A stretch of DNA of 62,375 nucleotides from the IMG/VR virus record IMGVR_UViG_3300023079_000004, positions 1 to 62,375 of that record. One strand, written 5' to 3'. The stretch is from a virus (taxonomy: Duplodnaviria > Caudoviricetes). The notes beneath the pieces are model-generated. The model worked only from the letters and a program-made list of their open reading frames with translations. It had not been told where the DNA came from and did no database searches. The translations under genes were made by a program, and so were the position numbers. This document shows, piece by piece, positions 28,068 to 36,608 of the stretch. How positions within the stretch are numbered: position 1 is the first letter of the stretch; each line of letters begins with the position of its first letter.

Positions 28068-28870
28068 TGACGGAGTTCAGCCGCAGCACGAGCGAGGAGG
28101 CTCGCCTGCTCAAGGCCATCCGGGAAGAGATCTCCAAGATGCTCCCGACGTCGTTCGTGGTGCCGGTCTACCAGAGCGATCCCCCGGAGACAGATCCGAC
28201 GAACCTGTGGATGCGTCCTGACGGTCGGCTCCGGGGTCGCTACTGGGATGGCCTCGGCTACGTGTACGTGCACTACCCGATGCGCTCAGACATCTCCAGC
28301 CCACCAGCCGTACCAGCAGCACCCGCAGCACCCGCGAAACCGGCCACCCCGTACTCCCGCACGGACTACTTCACGGCCACCTGGAGCCAGACGTACCAGG
28401 GTAGCGGGGCACCCCGTACAGACGGCCGAGGCGAGCAGTTCCTGGTCTTCGGGAACGACGGCTCGAGCTACGGCACGCAGCGGAGCCTCATCGGCTTCAA
28501 CGCTACGGCCATCGCGGCTGCTCTGGCGAGCTCGACCATTCAGAAGGTCGAACTTCGCTTGCAGACCATCAACAGCTACTGGGCGAGTGGCGTCGAGGTA
28601 TTCTTCGGTATGCATACGCTGACGTCGGAACCCGCGACATGGCCCGCCTCCACCGCCCTTCCTCTTCGCAGGGTCATCAGCGAGCACTTCGAGCAGTCGG
28701 AGGTGCGGACGATCCCCCTGAGCATCGAGTTCGGGCAGCGCCTGCGGGCCGGGACGGCTAAGGGGTTAGCCATCGAAGCCCCGAGCAGTAGTCGAGACTA
28801 CTACGGGTACGCGGCTGGCGTCGGCAGCGGGTTTTCAACCCCTCAACTGGTCATCACGTACATCAAGTAA
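28067..28870 (+). CDS. Minor tail protein
   Basis: WSQTY.G.G, RSLIGF and PQLVITY motifs typical of actinophage tail proteins. Confidence 0.75.
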   Translation: MTEFSRSTSEEARLLKAIREEISKMLPTSFVVPVYQSDPPETDPTNLWMRPDGRLRGRYWDGLGYVYVHYPMRSDISSPPAVPAAPAAPAKPATPYSRTDYFTATWSQTYQGSGAPRTDGRGEQFLVFGNDGSSYGTQRSLIGFNATAIAAALASSTIQKVELRLQTINSYWASGVEVFFGMHTLTSEPATWPASTALPLRRVISEHFEQSEVRTIPLSIEFGQRLRAGTAKGLAIEAPSSSRDYYGYAAGVGSGFSTPQLVITYIK

Positions 28871-28879
28871 GGAGGGGTC

Positions 28880-29224
28880 ATGTTCTTAGCGGGGGAATCG
28901 GAGCCCGTCCCCAGCGGTTACGAGGGCATCATCTCGTGGCTCGCCGACCTGGGATGGGTAGGCATCGCCCTCATCGCCATCTGGGCTTTCGCGACCGATC
29001 GGCTCTACACCCGGGGTCAAGTGGAGAAGCTCCTCGCCGCCAAAGACGAGGTCATCTCCGTGTGGCAGGGAGGCGAGCAACGAAGCATCGAGGCTCTCAA
29101 AGCCATCATCGACGAGCTGCAACCCATCGCAAGCGGTAACGAGGCCGTCCTGAAAGCGATGGAACGTATGCAGGACTGGCAGTCGGAGGAGCGCATCCGA
29201 CGAATGCGAAGGGATGAGACGTGA
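28880..29224 (+). CDS. Membrane protein (lysis cassette)
   Basis: TAAGGAGG RBS; one transmembrane segment then a coiled region. Confidence 0.7.
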   Translation: MFLAGESEPVPSGYEGIISWLADLGWVGIALIAIWAFATDRLYTRGQVEKLLAAKDEVISVWQGGEQRSIEALKAIIDELQPIASGNEAVLKAMERMQDWQSEERIRRMRRDET

Positions 29225-29424
29225 GGCTCCGAAAGAAGGAGAGCGCGAAGGTCCAGCAACAACTCCAGGATGCGCTCGCTGCGCGGGAGGACGTCGAACA
29301 GGCAGCCGAGCGGGCGGAAGAGGGGGCGAGTATGCTGAGGGGGCTGCGAGCGAGGTGGGGGCGGGTACACGAGCGCAACCACTTGGCTCGAATGTTCGAT
29401 CAGGAATGGAGAGCCACCAATTGA
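29221..29424 (+). CDS. Small coiled-coil protein of the lysis cassette
   Basis: Overlapping start and stop; ..ERNHLA..F motif. Confidence 0.65.
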   Translation: MRLRKKESAKVQQQLQDALAAREDVEQAAERAEEGASMLRGLRARWGRVHERNHLARMFDQEWRATN

Positions 29425-29759
29425 GCTGGAAAGAATACGGAGACTGGGTCTTCTACGCGTGTGCGGTGGTCAGCGTCATCTTCGTGCTGACGTACCTCGT
29501 TCTCGCGCCGTGGTGGCGTACGTCCACCGGCCGCAACATCATGTTCGTGATGGGCACGTTGGCCCTGGCCATGGTCTATTTCGGCATCGTGATTCACAGC
29601 GGCGGTATCTCGGCCGGGTTCTACCCGGTGCGAGCCTCTCTGTTCTCCATGATGTTCATCGGCATCACGTGGCGCGTGGTACTTCTCTTTCGTGCTCAAC
29701 TGGGAGCCCGACGGAGCCTAGAGAAAGGTAGGGAAGACTATGTGGCAGACGAAAGGTAA
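29421..29759 (+). CDS. Putative holin (3 TM)
   Basis: Three hydrophobic segments, APWW....GRNIM; start TTG 29421 or ATG 29406. Confidence 0.7.
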   Translation: MSWKEYGDWVFYACAVVSVIFVLTYLVLAPWWRTSTGRNIMFVMGTLALAMVYFGIVIHSGGISAGFYPVRASLFSMMFIGITWRVVLLFRAQLGARRSLEKGREDYVADER

Positions 29760-30114
29760 GGCCGTCATCGCGGCGCTCTTCTTCCTGTGGACGGTGGTCG
29801 AGCCGCTGCTCACAGGGGACGGCCGCATCCACGGGTACCTGGAGTGGTGCATCATCCTCACCGGTTTCCTCAACATGCTCCTGGTCTACATCGTGCCGCT
29901 CAACCGGAGCTGGGAAGGCGGCAAGACCGTCATCAACGGTGGTCTGGCCAGCTTGGCAGCGGCGCAGACGGTGCTCGCCGACGGCTTCCAGTACAACGAC
30001 CTGACCATCATCATAGGAGCCGGTCTGGCCCTCCTCATCGGCTGGTACGCGCCGACCATCAGCATGCGCGGGACGGCCGAGCAGGCCAGAGTTCCGGCGG
30101 GCTTCAACGCCTAG
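29740..30114 (+). CDS. Putative holin (4 TM)
   Basis: KAVIAAL duplicated hairpin-type membrane protein. Confidence 0.7.
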   Translation: MWQTKGKAVIAALFFLWTVVEPLLTGDGRIHGYLEWCIILTGFLNMLLVYIVPLNRSWEGGKTVINGGLASLAAAQTVLADGFQYNDLTIIIGAGLALLIGWYAPTISMRGTAEQARVPAGFNA

Positions 30115-30169
30115 GTGCGGTACACTAGCGGTGGAGCCCTTCTCCTCCGTGCAGGTTGCGCACCGTTAG

Positions 30170-30209
30170 AGAGACCCGGTTGAGACTTTCTCGCCGGGTC
30201 TCTTGCTTT
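30170..30209 (+). terminator. Intrinsic terminator ending the late operon
   Basis: AGAGACCCGG/CCGGGTCTCT stem followed by TGCTTT. Confidence 0.65.
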
Positions 30210-30270
30210 GCCGGTCGGACGAGTGATAGTGTTCTCTCATCAGCAAGGCATTACCACTCAGCCGGGAGGC
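30203..30270 (+). promoter_or_regulatory. Repeated promoter + leader, copy 1
   Basis: TTGCTT-18-TAGTGT with extended TG, then ATCAGCAAGGCA..CCACTCAGCCGGGAGG. Confidence 0.75.
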
Positions 30271-30273
30271 GCA

Positions 30274-30747
30274 ATGAAGACCAAGCTTACGGCCGCTCAG
30301 CAGCGCGCCCGTACCACGAAGCGCGTGTCCGGCGGTACCTTCTACGCCACCGCCGCCGCCACGATTGCGGCCAACATGTACGCCAGCGAGCACACCTTCG
30401 TCGGGCTGGCCACCGGCTTCTGGACGCCGGTCGCGCTGTTCCTGGCCCTGGAGATGGCCGAGCGCGTGCACTGCAAGGGCCGCATGGCCGTCCTCCGGAA
30501 GATCGGTCTGGGCATCCTGGCCCTGGTCGCCGCGTGGGTGAGCTACTGGCACCTCGTGCACATCTTCACCCTCGGCGGAGCCGACCCCGTGAGCGCGCAT
30601 GCCATGCCCATCACGGTGGACGTGCTCATGGCCATCGCCCGCGCTTCGATGGTGTATCGTCCGGCCCCCTCCCGCCCCTCCCGCCCCTCCTCTCGCAGGA
30701 AGCCGCAGGCCAGCAACGTGCGGCAGCTCAAGTCCAAGACTGCATGA
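30274..30747 (+). CDS. DUF2637-like membrane protein
   Basis: 4 TM; AAWVSYWHL and MPITVD motifs. Confidence 0.75.
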   Translation: MKTKLTAAQQRARTTKRVSGGTFYATAAATIAANMYASEHTFVGLATGFWTPVALFLALEMAERVHCKGRMAVLRKIGLGILALVAAWVSYWHLVHIFTLGGADPVSAHAMPITVDVLMAIARASMVYRPAPSRPSRPSSRRKPQASNVRQLKSKTA

Positions 30748-30755
30748 GAAAGTCC

Positions 30756-30801
30756 TTGTGACCGTCTGAGACGACGTGCTACAGTTCTCTCATCAGCAAG
30801 G
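30756..30801 (+). promoter_or_regulatory. Repeated promoter, copy 2
   Basis: TTGTGA-18-TACAGT, then TCTCTCATCAGCAAGG. Confidence 0.75.
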
Positions 30802-30824
30802 GCAAGCGAGCAAAGGGGAAAGCA

Positions 30825-31091
30825 ATGATCAACCACAAGGCCAACTGCGTCCACGCTCAGACCCCCGCCGCTCGCAAGGCTTGCCGCAAGGCCGCCAAGT
30901 CCGCTCCGGTCGTCAAGGTTCCCACCGTCAACACCGGCCGGGTCGGCAAGGGCAAGGCCACCCACATGATCGAGGGTCACGGCCAGCTCACCCGCTGCGG
31001 CATCTCCACCTTCACGGTCATCGGCGAGGCTCCGCTCACCTCGGTCACCTGCAAGAGCTGCGCTGCCAAGTACGGCCACGCCCACAGCTGA
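30825..31091 (+). CDS. Small Cys/His-rich protein
   Basis: NH..CVH.QTPAARKAC plus H..C...CKSC. Confidence 0.8.
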   Translation: MINHKANCVHAQTPAARKACRKAAKSAPVVKVPTVNTGRVGKGKATHMIEGHGQLTRCGISTFTVIGEAPLTSVTCKSCAAKYGHAHS

Positions 31092-31100
31092 GAACGGTTC

Positions 31101-31176
31101 GCCGGGGTCCTTGCGGCCCCGGCTCTCGGATGATACTGTGGTCCTATCAGCAAGGCACCGCTACTACCCGGGAGGG
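31101..31176 (+). promoter_or_regulatory. Repeated promoter + leader, copy 3 (-35 in hairpin loop)
   Basis: TTGCGG-17-TACTGT; ATCAGCAAGGCACCGCTACTACCCGGGAGG. Confidence 0.8.
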
Positions 31177-31180
31177 CACC

Positions 31181-31375
31181 ATGCACACCATCGACTTCCA
31201 GTTCGCTCACGTCGACACTCCGATCAGCGACCGTCGCGCCGAGCGCTGGGGCCGCGTTGAGGACTTCGTCAACGACGGGCGCTGCGTCAAGGTCATCTGG
31301 TTCGACCAGAGCGGCTTCGAGGTCTACAGCGAGCGTGCGGTGCGCGACATGGGCCTCAAGTTCTGGGAGCGCTGA
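31181..31375 (+). CDS. Hypothetical protein
   Basis: Follows the leader motif. Confidence 0.8.
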   Translation: MHTIDFQFAHVDTPISDRRAERWGRVEDFVNDGRCVKVIWFDQSGFEVYSERAVRDMGLKFWER

Positions 31376-31408
31376 GTCCGGAGGGTGGGAGCCGTCTCGT
31401 ACGGCTCC

Positions 31409-31475
31409 TTGCCCAGGTCACTCAGGCGTGATAGAGTTACTTCCATCAGCAAGCCCCACCCACTAGCTCGGGAGA
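31409..31475 (+). promoter_or_regulatory. Repeated promoter + leader, copy 4
   Basis: TTGCCC-17-TAGAGT; ATCAGCAAG..CCACTAGCTCGGGAGA. Confidence 0.75.
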
Positions 31476-31481
31476 GCAACC

Positions 31482-31850
31482 ATGAACATCGTCATCACCG
31501 CCACCAGCGCCGCCGACAACAACGACCTCGTCAAGGCCCTCCGCGAGGGCACCGCCCAGGTGCACAGCGAGCGCGGCAACGGCACGCTGCGGCGTCGGCA
31601 CTTCCTGACCGGCACGGACCTCGAGCACGCCCTGTGGGTTCGGGCGCAGCGGGAGGGCCAGGAGGCCGATGAGACCGAAGGTATCCCGGCCATCACGCCT
31701 CGGAGCATGGGCAGCATCGCCCGCGAGCTGCACATCAGCGTGGCCGCTGTCCGGCGCATCCTGAACGACCTGGAGATCACCGAGGCCCTCGAGGACGCCG
31801 ACGCCGACGAACTGGAGGCTATGCTGTTCGGGGCTACCGAGGGGGAGTAA
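31482..31850 (+). CDS. HTH DNA-binding protein
   Basis: SMGSIARELHISVAAVRRIL. Confidence 0.75.
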   Translation: MNIVITATSAADNNDLVKALREGTAQVHSERGNGTLRRRHFLTGTDLEHALWVRAQREGQEADETEGIPAITPRSMGSIARELHISVAAVRRILNDLEITEALEDADADELEAMLFGATEGE

Positions 31851-31907
31851 GGTACCATCGAAAGGGGCGGGGCTGCGGCCTCGCCCCGAGATGCTGAAAG
31901 GGGAATC

Positions 31908-32231
31908 GTGGTCAACAACATCAGCCCGCGCGACGTGTTCGTGAACGTCGTGGCCAGGGCCATCCGTACCGGGGTGAAGGATCCCCGGGGTGCCGCTCGT
32001 AACGCCCACTTCTACGAGGGGCGCGTGAGCGGCTTCGTGGTCAGTGCGGCCGATCTGGCGCACATGGCTTACGGGGTCGACCCGCACGACGCACGTAAGC
32101 GCATCAGCAGTCTGGTGAAGGACGTGCGCCTGAGCTGGGAGCGCGAGGACAAGATGGACGCGGCTAAGGTCGGTGCCGAGGCCGAGGTCATCCTCGAGCA
32201 GATCCTCCTTCTTCCCGCCGGGCGGCTGTAG
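31908..32231 (+). CDS. Hypothetical protein
   Basis: AAGGGG RBS. Confidence 0.7.
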   Translation: MVNNISPRDVFVNVVARAIRTGVKDPRGAARNAHFYEGRVSGFVVSAADLAHMAYGVDPHDARKRISSLVKDVRLSWEREDKMDAAKVGAEAEVILEQILLLPAGRL

Positions 32232-32476
32232 TGGACGTCACTCGGGCACGAGAAGCCATTGCCATGGACGAGGACGTGTACCTGCCGGACGGCTCCCCGG
32301 TGCGCATCCTGAGTCTCAAGAAGGTCCCGCGCCAGGGCTGGCAGGCCACCGTCCGTCGTCCTGACGAAGAGACTCTGGTCGTATCGCTCCTAGACCTACG
32401 GGCGAGGGAAGAGATGCCACCGGTCCCGCCAGAGCCCGAGCCGCCGGTGGAGGACCCGCCGCCAGAAGGCGTGTAA
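32231..32476 (+). CDS. Hypothetical protein with Pro-rich tail
   Basis: TAGTG coupling. Confidence 0.6.
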   Translation: MDVTRAREAIAMDEDVYLPDGSPVRILSLKKVPRQGWQATVRRPDEETLVVSLLDLRAREEMPPVPPEPEPPVEDPPPEGV

Positions 32477-32483
32477 GCCGAGA

Positions 32484-32523
32484 GACCCCGTTACCCCACC
32501 CGGTAGCGGGGTCCTTTACGTTT
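32484..32523 (+). terminator. Intrinsic terminator
   Basis: GACCCCGTTACC/GGTAGCGGGGTC stem plus CTTTACGTTT. Confidence 0.7.
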
Positions 32524-32612
32524 GGGACGCGTACGTCGACTACACGGGGCTGCGCCCGTGCCGTAGCATGTTCGGCAGGTGGGCACCACGCCCGCCTCGC
32601 GAAAGGAGAACT

Positions 32613-33653
32613 ATGATCAAGCGCGTCACGGTCGCACTCGCGACCCTGTTGTCGCTGGCGCTCCTGGCTCCGCAGTCGGCGTATGCCGACGGGGACATCA
32701 TCTGGACCGCCGCGTCTTCCGGGAAGACGGTCAAGGACGACCGACCCATCAAGAAGCCCCCGGTGGGCGTGTCCGCTCGCGCCAAGAGCGCCCTGGCCAC
32801 GAACTACCACTACGTCCAGGGAAAGAAGGACATCGCCACCTCCACGAACACCGGGGCCACACAGGTCGCGGTGCTCGCCAGTCAGCACAAGCCGAAGCAG
32901 GAGACCGACACCCTCCACACGCTCTGGGAGCTGGCTGCGATCGACCCGTACGCACCGGGCGGTCGGAACATCGTCGAGGTCGGATGGGACGTCGACGACA
33001 CCCTGTTCGGGGACAGCAACACGCACCTGATGTGCGCGGCGTGGGGCAACGACACCTTCTTCGGCTACGGCGGCTCCCCGCTGTACCCGACGTCGGGCTG
33101 GGTGGACAACCCGAACGAGGCCGTGGGTTGCGGGACCGCGCTGGCCACCACGCCGAGCGGCAGTGCGCCGACGAACTACTACCAGTACCGCATCGAGCGT
33201 ACGCCGGTCTCCCGACCCGCGTGGCAGAACCAGGGTTCGGGCTGGCAGGTCATCCAGCAGAACATGGGGAACAGCCCGGACCGCATCATCGGGTACTGGC
33301 CGGACTCCCTGTGGACGGCCATCGGTGCCACCTTCACGAAAATCGCCAGCCTGCGCAGCTTCTGGGAGGTGGCCAGCACCAATCTGAAGCCGTGTGGTGA
33401 CATGGGTTCGGGCGTCTTCGGCACGAGTGCAAGCCCGAGTGCGGCGGCGGACAGTCTGGCGTTCAGCTTCGCGGGCTACGCGGGGGTGAACGACTTCGAC
33501 TCCGTCGACGTCATCCCGAGCACGGACAGCCCGCAGGGCTGGCGCGCGTACGACCAGGGCACGGCAGCCACGCCGGACCCGGATCGCATGCGTGGCGGTG
33601 GCCCCGGCTGGAACTCGGCCGGGACCGGCACCGGTAGCGTGGGTAGCTGCTGA
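32613..33653 (+). CDS. Secreted neprosin-like (DUF239) glutamic peptidase
   Basis: AAAGGAG RBS; signal peptide ending AYA-D; VEVGW, IGYWP..LW, EV and DMGSG motifs. Confidence 0.75.
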   Translation: MIKRVTVALATLLSLALLAPQSAYADGDIIWTAASSGKTVKDDRPIKKPPVGVSARAKSALATNYHYVQGKKDIATSTNTGATQVAVLASQHKPKQETDTLHTLWELAAIDPYAPGGRNIVEVGWDVDDTLFGDSNTHLMCAAWGNDTFFGYGGSPLYPTSGWVDNPNEAVGCGTALATTPSGSAPTNYYQYRIERTPVSRPAWQNQGSGWQVIQQNMGNSPDRIIGYWPDSLWTAIGATFTKIASLRSFWEVASTNLKPCGDMGSGVFGTSASPSAAADSLAFSFAGYAGVNDFDSVDVIPSTDSPQGWRAYDQGTAATPDPDRMRGGGPGWNSAGTGTGSVGSC

Positions 33654-33675
33654 CGCGGCGTAACACGTAGGGCGG

Positions 33676-33747
33676 TCGACCCTGGTCTTGTGCCGGGGTC
33701 GATTCGTCTGTACGTTGTTCGTATCAGCACCGCCACTACCCGGGAGG
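33676..33747 (+). promoter_or_regulatory. Repeated promoter + leader, copy 5 (-35 in hairpin loop)
   Basis: TTGTGC-17-TACGTT; ATCAGCACCGCCACTACCCGGGAGG. Confidence 0.75.
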
Positions 33748-33752
33748 GTTAC

Positions 33753-33965
33753 ATGGAAACAATCAGCACGAACAAGCTGCAAGACAGCCCGGCCGACGGC
33801 ACCGTGGTCGTGGGCTTCGACGAGCAGGATTTCGCCTACTGGGGGATGACCGAGCAGGGTAACGGCGACATGTTGGTGCACCTCGACTACCTCGACGGCA
33901 CGAGCTCCCGCCACGACATCGAGGTTGCCGCGCAGGACCGCGACGAGCCGTACTGGGATCTGTAG
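33753..33965 (+). CDS. Small acidic protein
   Basis: Follows the leader motif. Confidence 0.75.
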   Translation: METISTNKLQDSPADGTVVVGFDEQDFAYWGMTEQGNGDMLVHLDYLDGTSSRHDIEVAAQDRDEPYWDL

Positions 33966-33975
33966 GCGCTCCGTG

Positions 33976-34042
33976 GGGCCGGTCTTGCACCGGCCCTGCT
34001 GAGTTGCTACAGTTCGTCTCGTAAGCACAACTACCCGGGAGG
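33976..34042 (+). promoter_or_regulatory. Repeated promoter + leader, copy 6 (-35 in hairpin loop)
   Basis: TTGCAC-17-TACAGT; ACTACCCGGGAGG. Confidence 0.8.
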
Positions 34043-34047
34043 GCACC

Positions 34048-34347
34048 ATGGCTGCTAGCAAGAAGAACCGCCGCCCGCAGTTCAACCACAGGGGCCATAC
34101 CCATCCGCAGACCCCGGCGGCACGGCGCGCCTGCAAGAACGCCTTCTGGGCCAGCCTGACCGAGACCAAGAACGTCAGCACGGAAGCCCAGGTTGCCGCT
34201 GCGATGACCGCGTGGAACTACGAGTGCGACGGTAACGGCAAGGCCCCGAAGGGCGGTTGGGCTGGTGTGGCTCCGCTCGGCCCGAAGGGTGGCGTGGGGG
34301 CCAGCGTGAAGGCTGCCGCTGCGAAGGCGAAGGGGGCGGGGAAGTGA
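34048..34347 (+). CDS. Hypothetical protein; N-terminus paralogous to 30825-31091
   Basis: NHRGHTHPQTPAARRAC. Confidence 0.75.
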   Translation: MAASKKNRRPQFNHRGHTHPQTPAARRACKNAFWASLTETKNVSTEAQVAAAMTAWNYECDGNGKAPKGGWAGVAPLGPKGGVGASVKAAAAKAKGAGK

Positions 34348-34451
34348 TCGACCCCGTGTGGGGATGGCTCCCGCCTGCGGTAGACCCGTGGGCAGGGCAA
34401 GTTCCCTGGCTGCTGGACGAGTTCGATTGGTTCCTTGCGGCCCGCCGATGA
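34344..34451 (+). CDS. Small Trp-rich peptide
   Basis: GTGA overlap; 35 aa. Confidence 0.4.
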   Translation: MIDPVWGWLPPAVDPWAGQVPWLLDEFDWFLAARR

Positions 34452-34470
34452 GATGAGTTAGAGTGCTCTC
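34435..34470 (+). promoter_or_regulatory. Repeated promoter, copy 7 (leaderless)
   Basis: TTGCGG-18-TAGAGT-GCTCTC-ATG. Confidence 0.7.
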
Positions 34471-34695
34471 ATGAACAACGCATCGATGAAGCCCCGGGCC
34501 ATCTACTCCGCTCTCAAGGCTGGCAGCATCACCGAGATCAAGATCGACGGCGTCTGGCACCCAGTCGACGATAGCTCCCTCAGCTTGATCGGCTCCCGCA
34601 ACTGGACCATCCGCGCAGCCGGTCACGACGCCATCAACACCGGCGGCGGCGTCCTCGCCCGCTGCTCCGGCAACACCGCTTTCGAGGTTCGCTGA
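34471..34695 (+). CDS. Hypothetical protein, probably leaderless
   Basis: ATG at the predicted +1; no SD. Confidence 0.7.
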   Translation: MNNASMKPRAIYSALKAGSITEIKIDGVWHPVDDSSLSLIGSRNWTIRAAGHDAINTGGGVLARCSGNTAFEVR

Positions 34696-34704
34696 GTCCC
34701 CCGG

Positions 34705-34786
34705 GGGCGGCTCCTTGCGGGGTCGCCCACTCGGGTGATACGGTTCTCTCATCAGCAAGGCAAGGCACCACCACTCGGCCGGGAGG
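34705..34786 (+). promoter_or_regulatory. Repeated promoter + leader, copy 8 (-35 in hairpin loop)
   Basis: TTGCGG-18-TACGGT; TCTCTCATCAGCAAGGCA..CCACTCGGCCGGGAGG. Confidence 0.8.
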
Positions 34787-34792
34787 CTTAGC

Positions 34793-35317
34793 ATGAACGC
34801 CACGTACGACATCGACCTCGCCGTCAGGACTCTCGGCACCATCTGCAAGCAGTACAAGGTCTCTCTCTCGGAGTTGACCCAGGCTTTCCCCCATCGGCCG
34901 ACCACTCCCGAAGAGGTCAACGCCATCGCGGAGTGGCTCGGCCAGCGCGCAAAGGCTGACGCCACCACCCCCGCTCCCTCGCAGGACCCCTACCCTGGCG
35001 TGGCCCCGAAGGACAAGGAGGGGAAGGCGAAGAGCTGGCGCTACGCGCTGCGGGACGGAGAGGGGAACGTCAGCTTCTACCGGGTCAAGCGAGGCCGCAA
35101 GCCGGGCATCTTCTTCGTCGACGTGCAGGCTAGCGACGACCTCTTCCCCATCCGCAACTCGCGCACCCGTCACAGCATCCTGAGCACCATCGCCCAGGAC
35201 CCGCGTGCAGCCCTGGCGCTGTACGGCCAGGAGATCGGTGAGTGCGGTCGATGCGGGCGTGTCCTGACCAGCGAGTACCGGCAGCTCGGCATCGGCCCGG
35301 TCTGCATCGACAAGTAA
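34793..35317 (+). CDS. DUF6011-like zinc-binding protein
   Basis: YG.EIGECGRCGRVLT....GIGPVC. Confidence 0.8.
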   Translation: MNATYDIDLAVRTLGTICKQYKVSLSELTQAFPHRPTTPEEVNAIAEWLGQRAKADATTPAPSQDPYPGVAPKDKEGKAKSWRYALRDGEGNVSFYRVKRGRKPGIFFVDVQASDDLFPIRNSRTRHSILSTIAQDPRAALALYGQEIGECGRCGRVLTSEYRQLGIGPVCIDK

Positions 35318-35537
35318 TCGGAGGCCCCGGGGGCTACCCCGGGGTACCCGGAGCGTGCTAGAGTGTTCTCAGTAAAGCGGTCGACCGAAACTAGGTCGCT
35401 AAGGCTCGCACCACACACCGCCTCGCGTGCACCATCTCGCCCGTGCGGGTGGGCCTCATGTAGACGGGCTGGCCGTCGTGCTCGGCATCGATGCCGAACA
35501 TGAGACGCAAGTACTACCACTACCCGGGAGGGAAGCA

Positions 35538-36608
35538 ATGAACGCCACCGACGGTATGCTCTCCAAGGTTCGCGCGCTGCTCGACAACGCCGACTCGTAC
35601 GACACCGAGAGCCAGGACCTGCTTCGCCAGTCGGCTAAGGTCGACGACCCCCAGATGGCAGCTACGTTGGCTGCCACTGCGAAGGAGCGGGCGGGGGCGG
35701 CAGACGCCTATCGGAGCAAGGCCGAAGCCATCATGGCCAAGTACGCCATCGACATCGACGAGCTGCTCGGCAGCAAGACGCTGGCGGAAGGCGTGCTCAT
35801 GCCTTCGCCCGTGCCGTTCGACCTCTATGTCACTCGGCGCAGTCCGTTCCAGAGCCACTACGCGCAGCTCTGGGGCGAGGTGTACCGGCACGTCGGCCTG
35901 CGCAGTAAGGGCGAGTGGGTCCTGAACAGCAGTGGCGAGTACGAATGGACGGCGCGTGGTGTCGGCTTCGAAGGAGACGTGCAGTACGCCGAGATGCTCT
36001 TCACCAAGATGCGCATGGCGTTCGGTGACCGCCTGGAGCCGAAGGTGGACTTCAGCCTCAGCGACCAGGAGAACGTCTACCGACTGCGTAGCGCGGGTAT
36101 CGAGCGCATTCGTATCGCGGACCTCTTGTGGGGTCAGACCGACAAGGTCTTCCTCGGTCGTGTCGGCCGCCTGTACAAGGCGGAATGTCTGGCGCGTGGC
36201 GAGGAGGCCGTGCTCAGTGGTCGTGGAGTGACCGGAGCCGCGTTCCGCGAGGCGTACGCCGACGGCTTCGTCCTGAAGATGGCCACGCGGCTTCGTCAGG
36301 CGCGGAGCGGCGGAAGCGGGCTGGTGTTGGGCAACCGCGAGCAGGTGCTCAACGAGGCGTTCTACACCCGCTTCCCGGAGATGCGTCCCAAAGCGGCTGT
36401 CGGGAGTGTTGGCGAGCCGGAGCGCTGCAAGAAGTGTGACAAGGCCAAGTCCGGCATCTGCCTGGAGCACCGCCTCCCCGCCGCTCCTCGCAGGGGTCGG
36501 GACCCGTACAGCACGGCCGCCCAGCGTGGTCGAGCCAGCGGCAGCAGTGCGGCGCTCAGCGTCGACCTCGGTCGCGGCACCGGTGGTAACCAGATCGGGG
36601 GTGCCTAG
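35538..36608 (+). CDS. DUF2786-like protein
   Basis: MLSKVRALL..A and KAE.IMAKYAID; CACTACCCGGGAGG leader at 35518. Confidence 0.8.
   Translation: MNATDGMLSKVRALLDNADSYDTESQDLLRQSAKVDDPQMAATLAATAKERAGAADAYRSKAEAIMAKYAIDIDELLGSKTLAEGVLMPSPVPFDLYVTRRSPFQSHYAQLWGEVYRHVGLRSKGEWVLNSSGEYEWTARGVGFEGDVQYAEMLFTKMRMAFGDRLEPKVDFSLSDQENVYRLRSAGIERIRIADLLWGQTDKVFLGRVGRLYKAECLARGEEAVLSGRGVTGAAFREAYADGFVLKMATRLRQARSGGSGLVLGNREQVLNEAFYTRFPEMRPKAAVGSVGEPERCKKCDKAKSGICLEHRLPAAPRRGRDPYSTAAQRGRASGSSAALSVDLGRGTGGNQIGGA

Noticed and set aside
24909-28870. Diversity-generating retroelement or invertible tail-fibre locus
   Set aside because: No reverse transcriptase, invertase or template/variable repeat pair noticed.
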